Assembly: GCA_963575745.1 (NCBI GenBank)
Contig: CAUYUJ010000225.1
Coordinates: forward strand, 1,116,001-1,180,000
Length of the DNA: 64,000 bases
From: Prorocentrum cordatum
Lineage: Eukaryota
Direction of reading: 5' to 3'
Translations under genes and position numbers: made by a program
The notes under the pieces: model-generated
The model's input: only the letters and a program-made list of their open reading frames with translations
The model's database searches: none
What the model was told of the DNA's origin: nothing
In this document: positions 11,991 through 22,600 of the stretch, piece by piece
Layout of the letters: each line of letters starts with the position of its first letter
How positions within the stretch are numbered: position 1 is the stretch's first letter

Positions 11991-12011
11991 CTTGAGCACA
12001 AACGGCCGCGG
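11991..12011 (-). promoter_or_regulatory. Possible relict dinoflagellate spliced leader upstream of gag
   Basis: CCGCGGCCGTTTGTGCTCAAG vs DinoSL CCGTAGCCATTTTGGCTCAAG, 16/21 ungapped, ~80 nt before the ATG at 11909. Confidence 0.45.
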
Positions 12012-12059
12012 ACACACGCTCGTTACCTCTCGCCTGTATCCCAGCTCACTTTAGAATCT

Positions 12060-13320
12060 AACGGCCCGCCCTGGAACTCTCTTGGGTGCCTTTTGAGGCG
12101 TTCTGGAAACCCTGGAGGCCAGCTCAAGAGGCCCAATCGTCTAATCCGTCATGAGCGTGCGCGATGTTGCTAATGGTATCGCATTGTCGCTTGCAAGAGC
12201 GTCTGAAACGGCTGGGGAGGCATCAAACATCGCCCCAAGTCGGCGTCTAAGTCCCCAAGAGGGACAGGAGGCTCCCGAGACGGGCCCAAGAGGGGAAACA
12301 CGAACTAACATTTGGAGCCCTGAACCATAGGATGGCCTCCTCTGAGACAACCAGAAAGCCCGCAAGAGGCCCCAAGAAGTCTCGAATAGTGACCCAAGAG
12401 GCCTCCAAGAATCCCCCAGGATACCCCCGATAGGCCTGCAAGAGGCTTCCAAAGAGACCCCAGGAGGTATCTTGAGAGGCCTCTGGTCCAGAACCCAGGC
12501 ACTGCGGCGGGTTGGGCCGAAGCCTACTAGATCCGCCGCCCCCTCTTGGCTTGCCACGGGGGTCCACGGCGTGCCAAATGAATGGTAATTGTTGGTCGGT
12601 GCCCAATGGGGCATCGGCCGATCGCGTCGGACACCTGGAAGGACGCGCAAGGCGGGGAGCAACCGGAAGACTCGCCTCCAAGACGGCCAAGATGGTTCCG
12701 ATATGGCCTCCAAGATACCTACAAGACGGCCGGGGTGGCCCCAAAAGAGCCCGAGATGGTCCCAAGACGCCTCCAAGATGGCCCTCAGACGGACCAGGAT
12801 GCCTTCCAGACTGCTCCTGGACGCCACACCCAAGACGGCTCCAAAGGACCTCTAGGAGGCCAGAATCATCTTTGCATTGCTTGGGATTGCTTTGCACCGC
12901 GTAGATTGCACCAGATGGATTGCAAGAGGTCGCTGTTTGGAGTCCAGGCTGGATATCACTGATGTTCATCAACTGTTTCAATAAGTTGAGGGTTCTCGTC
13001 TGTTTTGGCCTCCCACGCTCCGAGACGGCCCCATAGGCCCCCAAGATCGCCTCAAGACGGCCCAAAAGACCCCAAAAGACCCGCAAAACAGCGGAAGAAG
13101 AGGACCCCAATACGGCCCAAGAAACTGCCAAGACGGCCCAAAAACGGTCCCAAGGGGGCCCATTGACCTCCAAAGGTCCCCGATAGGCCCAGGAGGCCCC
13201 CAAGCGGCCCCAGGAGGCCCCCAAAAGGACCCTCGGAGGCCCCCAAAAGGCTACCACGAAGCCCCCAGGAGGCTCGAAGAAGGCCTTGAAAGGCCTCATG
13301 TGGCCTCATCAGATTGCGAA
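12060..13320 (+). repeat. GGCCCCAAGA-type degenerate satellite
   Basis: Dense ccaaga/ggccc motifs; the overlapping ORFs are low-complexity artefacts. Confidence 0.8.
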
Positions 13321-13329
13321 CTAACATCC

Positions 13330-16065
13330 GTGCCTAAGAATGCAATGCCCTCTCGCGCTCGTGTTGCTTTGTGCCAGCTTTGATGCCAGCGTGCCGCTGC
13401 TATTTCTGGCTCTATGTATGCCTACAGGGAGCCCCTTTGCTCGCATGCTCGACCAAACATCGCGGGGCATCCATCTCATCCAACGGTGGTGCTGTGTGGC
13501 GGGGACGCTTGTCACGACGGCGCTGTTGCAGAAGAGTGTATTTCACATTGGTGTGTGCGGAACGGCGGTGCACGGCACCACTATCAGCGCGTTGCTCCCG
13601 ACAACCCTGACGATCGCCTCTCTCGCTTTGGCCGCCTTCATCATGCCGCCGACGCTGTCCTTCGAGCAAGGAATCCCAATGTACGACTGCACGCCCGAGT
13701 TGCTGGAAGAGCACCTGGACAAAACCGACAGCTTGCGTGTCGGTACGACGGAAGAAACGTAGTCAAGAAGACGGGGCCGCTAGGCCCGAGGCTCTACAAT
13801 GCTCTGAGAGGCGAAGCCTGCGGTCAAGGCCGCCAACATCGACAAGATGGACCTGGGCACGGACTCAAATATAGAAACAATCGTGATGGCGCTGAAGGCT
13901 GTCATCGCAAAAAACGTTCCGAACCGTATTGGCGAGTTGTTCGACAGATATTTCGACAGGTCAGGCCGACGCAGCGCTGAAGCAGTGGGTTCGTGGCTGA
14001 CGAAGAGAACCAGGATCCGACAGCAGCTGCTGGGAGCCGACAGGACGACACAGTTGAGCGACAATACCGAGGTCTACTTCCTGATGAAGTTGAGCAATTT
14101 GACCAAGGTTCAGCGATCCCAGTTGCTCACGAGTTGCAGCAACGTCTACGACACGAATAAGCTGACGGAGGCCATCAGAGTGCATTTCGCTGATCTACAC
14201 AAGGCTGAAGGACGTCCGCGGCATGGAAACGTTCGCCGAGAAAGGAAGCACTAGAGGAGGTACGCCAAACTCGCAGAGAGACATATCGAAGACGCAGTAG
14301 AGCCAGAGCCAGACGACGAATATGGAGAAGACGGCGGCTACGGTGAAGTCATGACAGACATTGAGGACGAACTGAATGAGCTACAAGCTCAGCGAGTGCT
14401 CCGTTGCGGAGCAGGTACTGGACCTTCATGAGCTAAAGGACCAGGCCCGAAGGCCCGATCGTCCTTGGAAGCTGATGAACACTAAGCGGGAGACGGCGGA
14501 AAATAGGAAGAAACGAATCGAGGAGTCCAAGAAGACGACCCGATGCAGGGTGTGGAGCTCTCGACCACTGGGCAGGAGATCCTGGCTGTGCTCAGTCGGA
14601 TCGACCGCTCCCGCCGCGAGGAAATGGAGGCCGATTCCAGCCACATGGTGGCAAGGGCAGCGGCGGAAAGAAACAAAAAACGAGGCGGAGGAAGAACCCA
14701 AAAGAGCTTCTTCGCCGACAGGGACGACACGGACGACGACGCCGAAAAGGCGTGTTTTGTGGCCAGCGTAGGGCACGACAAGGACAAGGACAAGAAACGC
14801 TGCATGTCGCCAGAGCACTACTGGATGGTGGAAGAGCCGCCTGGGCAGACCGTGCTTGGTCCGCGACCGTCATCATCGGCGGCAGCGGCGGCGGTGCCAA
14901 TGCTCCGACCCAAGGCCCGACGAAAAACTAGACGGACGGCAAAAAAGCATGGTCAAGGTCGAAGCACCGTGGGAGAGCAGCGGACGCCAGTCAGGCACGA
15001 AGGTGCCGAAGAGATGCGGCAACCCCTGTGGTGTGGCGGATTGCGCGTGTGAAGGTTTCGGCGCATGTGTTGGCCGAGAGGGCCACACCAGGAGCTGTCG
15101 GTGCTGTCCCCGATGGGGCAGCCGCGGCGACGTCCAGTGGAGCGAGCGGCAGTGCGTCGCAGGCAAGCAGAGCGTGGATTGCAGGTGAATGCGGAACGAC
15201 TACCCACATACGAGCTGCAGGAGTGTGCATGTCGGTCCAAAGGGACCGTCAAGCGCCAGTGACTCCAAAGGTAAGTGCACCGGGGACGCCGAAGGCGGGT
15301 GTTAAGTATGACGTACCAGAAGGTGACATCAGGCCTTGGCTCATCAAACAGAAGTGGCCACCTGACGACCCCAGACGGTGCAGGAGATGCTCCGATGGCG
15401 GAACGGTGCAAGGTTACAGGAACCAGTACGACATCGTGTGGAACTGTGACTGCGGTGCGCGAACGGCCGAGAGGTACTTTCCGACGAGCAAGAAGTACCA
15501 TCACGGACAGATCGAGAGGCGTTTCCATTACATGTCGATCGAGGAACCCGACGATCGCGACCTCGAAGAGTTCGCGGCCGTGGCTGACGCCACCTGCAAC
15601 CAGAGTGAGTGCGACGATGACGAGATCGCTCGTTTGGATGCGATGTGCAGAGTACCATACACGGGGACGAGTGGCTGGAGCGGTACTCGGCGAAGCTGAA
15701 CGAGAAGTACGGATTGTGTGGTGAGTCCCACCCGTACAAGGTGAAGTACTGGTTTGGCGGCGGAGAACGTAAGGAGGCGAAGTTCAAGGATGTACTGCCG
15801 ATCGGTATCGGTGGAGGATGTGGAGATCAGCTTCAATCGGATCCCAAGGTCACCTACGAAGATGCTGCTGTCGCTCAAGACGCAGAAGGCGCTGGGCATC
15901 GACCTAGTCGAAAGGACGGCAGACTTCAGGAAGCTCGGCCTCAGTGGAAGCTACGGAAGACGAGTGACGGGTGCTGGGGTGTGGAGACCACTGACATTGT
16001 CAACGTGGGTTTTGACCAGCCGGAGCGGTTGGGGAAGGAGACTGTCACGGTACTGAACCCGGTGC
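13330..16065 (+). mobile_element. Decayed Copia-type gag-protease fragment
   Basis: GIPMYDCTPELLEE...GPLGPRLYNALRGEA...ELFDRYF gag; knuckle TRCRV..GHWAGDPGC (~14540-14590); protease AVADATCNQS, EWLERY, YWFGGG, MLLSLKTQKALG; multiple frameshifts. Confidence 0.8.
13549..13560 (+). promoter_or_regulatory. Putative primer-binding site after an LTR-like CA end
   Basis: ...tttcaCA t TGGTGTGTGCGG lies ~90 nt upstream of the gag start; no second LTR is available to confirm it. Confidence 0.4.
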
Positions 16066-16508
16066 TCGCCAGCCCGATTGCCCGCGCGGCCACGCGTCGT
16101 CGGGGCCTGGCTGCGGCGGCGGGGGGCGCCTCGTCGTTCCCATATCGCGAAACGGTCATGCCCTTGTCCCCCGACAGCCGACCGTGGCTTCGCCGACCTG
16201 GGCTCTTCTCCCGCGCGGGGCGCAGAGAGATTCGGCGCATCGCCAACTCGGCACCCCGCCTCTTGCCTCAGACGCTGCGCGCCGGGGGATGGTTGTTTCA
16301 ACATCCCCCGTTCCCCAAGGTGCGCACCGCCGCCGAGAGTGCGATGGCGGCCTCGGCTACCGCGGTAGCCCGCTGTCGACGGGACTCCGGTTTACTTGTC
16401 CGCTGTCTCCCTGTCTCCCTGTCTCTCTCTCTCTCTATCCAAATTCCTTTTGACCCCCCCCGCCCCCGATTCTGCCGCCGCAATGCGACCGCGCGCGCGA
16501 TGCAATAC

Positions 16509-17315
16509 CCGTGGGCGCATTCTTGTAGCATGTCCTGACGTGCTCAACTTGCGAGCCCGTCAATTTTTCGTTGAGGCACCCGTGCGTGCATTTACTTGTA
16601 GGATGTTCTGGCAGGCCCAACTTTCGAGTCCGTCAATTTCTCGCTGCCGTGATCCGTCGCAAGCGTGTTTCCAGCGCTTGCGCACATTTCTTCCTGGATA
16701 CTCTGATCGGTTGAATTTTCGAGTCCGTTAATATATCGCTGCAACACCCGTGGGCGGATTCCGCGTTGGATACCCTGATGGGATAACTTGTCGAGCCCGC
16801 CGGTTTTTCGCTGCAACACCCGTGCGCGGATTCCCTTTTGGATACTCTGACGGGCTCAAATCTCGAGCCGGTCAATGTTTCGGTGCAGCGCCCATGCGCG
16901 CATTCCTTCTTGGATATCCTGACGGGTGGAATTGTCGAGCCCTCTAAAGTTTCGCTGCAACACCCGCGCGCACATTCCTTGCCAGACAATCTGACGGGCT
17001 CGATGTTCGAGCCCGTATGTGTTTCGATGCAGCACCCGTGCGTGCATTTACTTGCTGGATGTTCTGGCGGGCCCAACTTTCGAGTCCGTCAATTTCTCGC
17101 TCCCGAAATCCGTCGCGCGCGTGTTTCCAGCGCTTGCGCGCATTTCTTGCTGGATATTCTGTCAGTGTTTCGCTGCAGCACCTGTGCGCGCACTCCTTGC
17201 CAGACAATCTGACGAGCTCAATTTGCGAGCCCGTCAATTTTTCACTGCAGCACCTGTGCATGCATTTTCTTGTTGGACGTTCTGACGGGCTCGATTTTAG
17301 AGCCCGCCAGATTGT
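16509..17315. repeat. ~72-bp tandem array (~11 units), each unit containing a hairpin
   Basis: Units start ccgtg(c/g)g at 16748, 16820 and so on; consensus core TGACGGGCTC-N5/6-GAGCCCGTCA. Confidence 0.85.
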
Positions 17316-17719
17316 CGTTTCCCAGGGAAGCGAGCACGCAGGAGATTCCAATAATCCCATCGAGAATGCGTCCTTTCCCATGGAACCCAAACGCCCCAGC
17401 CCAAGTGCAAAATAATACATAAGAAATGGCATCTATTCAATAGGTCTCATCCCCGATCTCGCTCAGCTGATAGCTGACAACATTCTGTCTGACACTCTGT
17501 AGGTGCATGGCTTAAATCTGGGTTGATCTACATAGGCTTGGCTCCACCACACCCTTCACGGACGAATCCTATGTTGGGCCGCCGCGCGAACCTAGGTAAT
17601 CCCACGAGCACACAGGCCTTGCGGAGGCAGAGATAGCGACCACGCAAAGACACAAGATGCGCACACATTCAACGCCATGTTTCGGAAAAAGCTGGGCTTG
17701 TAAGACCACGCATGGCTCT

Positions 17720-17870
17720 TCCTCCCTCAAGTGTTCCGGCAAGGGGTTCCAGGACGGCTGGGAAAACACATGGTCCAATAGCTTGGCCAGGCTCCAGCCC
17801 AACGTTTGCCCGCATGGGCGTTTCGAACAGGAAGGGGGCGGCGGTGATTCCCCGCGGGCGTCTTCGATTC
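17720..17870 (+). repeat. Dispersed repeat terminus (other copies at ~19462-19611 and ~55860-56010)
   Basis: Shared aagtgtt..aaggggttcca..tagcttggc..gggggcggcggtgatt..ggcgt(c/g)ttc ending in a small hairpin. Confidence 0.7.
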
Positions 17871-18319
17871 ACCGCCCCCTGCGGCTCGTCACAAGGGCAC
17901 AAAAAGGTGCACGGCGTGCGGGTGCACGGCGTGCCGATCATGTGATTGTTTGGGTCCTTTTAAATTCTTCCAAAAACCTCCGCCCTGACCCACCTGTCAC
18001 CCGAAAAAAACCGCAAGGCGCGGAACAAACGGAAAAGTTGTCTCCAAGACGGGCAATATTCTTTCCAGAAGGAGAAGACAGGAGGAGCGCGCGACCACTG
18101 AACCTCACCACGGCGTGACTAGCACAGTAGCGCGAAACAGACGATCGCCAGTAAACCAGGAGCGCTACACGAACCGACCTGCAGTAGGCGAGCTCGTGCG
18201 ATGAACTGTGGCCTGGGAAACAAAGAAATGACGATTCGTGGGAAAAACCACAAGGGGAGGTGAATGGGGACTGGAAGATGAGGAGGAAAGAGGGTGGGGG
18301 GGAGCGGAGAACACGCTCA

Positions 18320-18508
18320 TAAACACAAACACAAACGCACAAACACGAACACGAACACAGACAAACACGCACACACACAAACACACACACACACACACAC
18401 ACGCAAACACATACACACACATGTTTGGCGTCGCGGCCCTACGCGCGGCGACAAGGCGTAGAAAGTAGGGTGCAAACACACACACACACACACATACACA
18501 CACACACA

Positions 18509-18604
<96 letters not shown>

Positions 18605-18615
18605 CACACACGCAC
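18320..18615. repeat. (CA)n/(CACG)n microsatellites
   Basis: Directly visible. Confidence 0.95.
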
Positions 18616-19609
18616 AAAGAGAATCGAATCCGAAACGTATATGATCCGTGACATGACGACCGATCGAAGCTGCAAGACCCCAAGATAAATCTGGAAATCG
18701 CGTTGCCGAAGACAAAGCGCGCGAGGGAGAGATATCTCTCAAAGTGAGACAATTGAAATAGAAGCCAAACACGAGATGAGTCTCGGAACAATCGGTGGCC
18801 AAGACGCGCAAGATGACCTCAATATGGCCTGCCAGACGTTGAAGATGGTCCACGATGTCTCCAAGACAGTCCCAAGATGCCTCCAGGACCGCCTAGGTTG
18901 CCTCCAAGACGGCTCAAGGCAGTCCAAGCACGGCCCGAGATGGCTCCCAGACGTCTCAAGAAGTGCCCAAGATGGCCCAATAGGCCTCCATGAGGCCCAA
19001 ATCGTTGATTTCTAGTGGATCTTCGATGACTTCAGCGTTCTGGCAGTTTCGGGCCTCCGACGCTTCAAGACGGTCCCAACGGCCCCGAGATCGCCCCGAA
19101 AGGTCCCAAAGAGGCCCGCCAGGCAGCCAAAGAGGGCCCCCAGGCGGCCCAAGAGGCCCCCAATACGGCCCTGAGGCGACCCCGTAGATCTTTCAAGACG
19201 GCCCAAAAGCGCCCAAATAAGGATGAACCCACGACTGCCCAGACAGGGCCCCAAGACAGCCTCCGAAGGCCAAAAGAGGTCTCTTAGAGGCCCTCCCCAG
19301 AGGCCACCATGAAGCCCCAGACGGCCCCCAAAAGGCCACATGAGGTCCCCAACAGGCGCCTCAGAGGCCCCCAAGAGAGCTTCAAGAGGCCTCCTCTTCT
19401 TCCTCCTCCCTCCTCCGCCTCCTCCTCGTCCTCGTGTCCCTCCCCCTCGTCCTCCTCCTTTCTCTTCCTCGCCCAAGTGTTTCCCCAAGGGGTTCCACAA
19501 CAGTGAGAACCTACGATTCAATAGCTTGGCCAGACTTCGGCACAACGTCTGGCCGCATGAACTTTCCGACAAGGCAGGGGGCGGCGGTGATTTGCCGTAG
19601 GCGTCTTCA

Positions 19610-22600
19610 ATACTTGCTGATCCATTCCTTGCTGGCATGACGTCTCTTGGCCTGCTCTATGAAGAAACTCATCGCCACGACGTCTCCTGGCCGCAAAGTC
19701 CTGGCAACAATTTGCTGCAGCTCCGTCCGAACGCCACTCCACGGGTTCTCCTCGGAGTTCGTCTCGATCATATTCCTGGCACCTTTGCTGGCCCAGCTGC
19801 GAATGTCGAATCCAACCAGCCCTCTGTGTGCAGGTGGTCTAGACAGGCTCCTCTTCCAACCTCCTTCTTCCCCTTCGGGGAGGGGTTTATCACTGTTCCC
19901 TATAACTATACACCCCCTGCCCCAGGCGACCGGCAGCCAAGCCAACCAGGAACAGTGCGCCCCCCCACCATCCCTTTGACAAAAACGGTGCAAAACGCAC
20001 TCTGCCTCCATGTTTGGAGCATGCGCGGCCAACCCGATGCGCCCCCCCCCCCATCCCTGCCAAAAAGTAATGCACAATACACTTTTGGGCAAAGTCTTGA
20101 GTCATGTTCGTGAGGCCTGCGATCATTTTATATGGCTTTTGACAAGGGCGGCGGGGGTGTCAGCATATTGCCTGCTGTGCGCAGGGCTACCATCCCTGAC
20201 AAAAAACCATACAACATGCACCTCGCGGCTAAATCTGGATCATGTGCGGGCGGCCACCCCGCGATCACTGTCTTGCGGTTTTTGATAAGGACGGCGGGGG
20301 TGGTGGCGTATGGCCTGCTGTGCGCAGGCCCACCATACACAATGATGGGCTGTGCTTGTCGACAAGGATGGTGGGGGCCGACACGTGTCCCGATGTGTGC
20401 TGTCACGTGCGCAGGCGCACCTGACACACTCTGCACATGCCCCGAACGTGTCGCACCTGGCGCGGCTGGGGTTTGCGGCACACCTGGCGAAAGCGGAGCA
20501 CGTGGCGCATCTGGCGCACCAGGCGTGCCTGGCGCGCTCGGGCCCCAGGCGTGCCTGGCGCGTCTGGCGCGCCTGGCACGCGTTGCGCACCTCGCCCCAA
20601 CGTCGCGCACATGGGGTCGGTTTTGGTTCCCAGCAGCCTTCCATCCAAAGACGACCGCTGAACATGAGCAGGCTCGGGTGTTACTGATGTGTTGGGAGGG
20701 CGGGTGGGAGCGAGCTGGACGGCTTGCTATCTAGAGGTGTCTTGATCACTGTTCCCTATTACTGTACACCCCTTGCCCCAGGCGACCGGCAGCCAACCAG
20801 GAACAATGAGAACACCAGACGGCCCCCCCCCCCACCATCCCTGTCAGAGAACAACGCAAAACGCGCTCTGCCTCCACGTTTGGAGCATGCGCGGCCAACC
20901 CGATGCGGCCCCCCCACCATCCATGTCAAAAACCAATACACTGTACACTTCGGGGCAAAGTCTTGAGTCATGTTCGTGAGGCCTGCGATCACTTTGCATA
21001 GTTTTTGACAAGGGCGGCGGGGGTGTCAGCATATTGCCTGCTGTGCGCAGGGCTACCATCCCTGGCAAAAAAAACCATACAACATGCACCTCGCGGCTAA
21101 ATCTGGATCATGTGCGGCCACCCCGCGATCACTCTCGTAATTTTTGAAAGGGACGGCGGGAGTGGTGGCGTATGGCCTGCTGTGCGCAGGCCCACCAGAC
21201 ACAATGATGGGCAGTGCTTGTCGACAAGGATGGTGGGGGACGACATGTTTCCCGATGTGTGCTGTCACGTGCGCAGGCGCACCTGACACACTCTGCACAT
21301 GCCCCGAACGTGTCGCACCTGGCGCGGCTGGGGTTTGCGGCACACCTGGCGCACGCGGAGCACGTGGCGCATCTGGCGCACGCGTGCCTGGCGCGCTCGG
21401 GCCCCAGGCGTGCCTGGCGCGTCTGGCGCGCCTGGCACGCGTTGCGCACCTCGCCCCAACGTCGCGCACATGGGGTCGGTGTTGGTTCCCAGCAGCCTTC
21501 CATCCAAAGACGACCGCTGAACATGAGCAGGCTCGGGTGTTACTGATGTGTTGGGAGGGCGGGTGGGAGCGAGCTGGACGGCTTGCTATCTAGAGGTGTC
21601 TTGATCACTGTTCCCTATTACTGTACACCCCTTGCCCCAGGCGACCGGCAGCCAACCAGGAACAATGAGAACCCCAGACGGCCCCCCCCCCACCATCCCT
21701 GTCAGAGAACAATACAAAACGCACTCTGCCTCCACGTTTGGAGCATGCGCGGCCAACCCGATGCGGCCCCCCCACCATCCATGTCAAAAACCAATACACT
21801 GTACACTTCGGGGCAAAGTCTTGAGTCATGTTCGTGAGGCCTGCGATCACTTTGCATAGTTTTTGACAAGGGCGGCGGGGGTGTCAGCATATTGCCTGCT
21901 GTGCGCAGGGCTACCATCCCTGGCCAAAAAAACTTTACAACATGCACCTCGCGGCTAAATCTGGATCATGTGCGGCCACCCCGCGATCACTCTCGTAATT
22001 TTTGATCAGGACAGCGGGGGTGGTGGCGTATGGCCTGCTGTGCGCAGGCCCACCAGACACAATGATGGGCTGTGCTTTTTGACAAGGATGGTGGGGGCCG
22101 ACACGTGTCCCGATGTGTGCTGTCACGTGCGCAGGCGCACCTGACACACTCTGCACATGCCCCGAACGTGGCGCACCTGGCGCGGCTGGGGTTTGCGGCA
22201 CACCTGGCGAAAGCGGAGCACGTGGCGCATCTGGCGCACCAGGCGTGCCTGGCGCGCTCGGGCCCCAGGGGTGCCTGGCGCGTCTGGCGCGCCTGGCACG
22301 CGTTGCGCACCTCGCCCCAACGTCGCGCACATGGGGTCGGTGTTGGTTCCCAGCAGCCTTCCATCCAAAGACGACCGCTGAACATGAGCAGGCTCGGGTG
22401 TTACTGATGTGTTGGGAGGGCGGGTGGGAGCGAGCTGGACGGCTTGCTATCTAGAGGTGTCTTGATCACTGTTCCCTATTACTGTACACCCCTTGCCCCA
22501 GGCGACCGGCAGCCAACCAGGAACAATGAGAACCCCAGACGGCCCCCCCCCCACCATCCCTGTCAGAGAACAATACAAAACGCACTCTGCCTCCACGTTT

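Larger units (their letters stand above)
1250..12011 (-). mobile_element. Decayed LTR-retrotransposon-like element: Gag - CCHC - Tpt1/KptA-like - RING-H2 - aspartic protease; no INT/RT in the window
   Basis: A series of co-oriented minus-strand ORF fragments joined by frameshifts and stops, with recognisable gag, zinc knuckle, KptA, RING and retropepsin motifs in gag-pol order. No LTR pair found. Confidence 0.75.

Noticed and set aside
12015..12060. LTR end and PBS for the KptA-RING element
   Set aside because: Only a weak GGTAACGAGC resemblance to a GGTTATGAGC-type PBS, and no partner LTR in the window.
16509..17315. CRISPR array (regularly spaced palindromes)
   Set aside because: Whole units are homologous with no unique spacers, there are no cas genes, and the context is eukaryotic.
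17330..18790. Remaining SGNH exons of the acyltransferase
   Set aside because: No frame with recognisable SGNH motifs (e.g. DxxH) was found.
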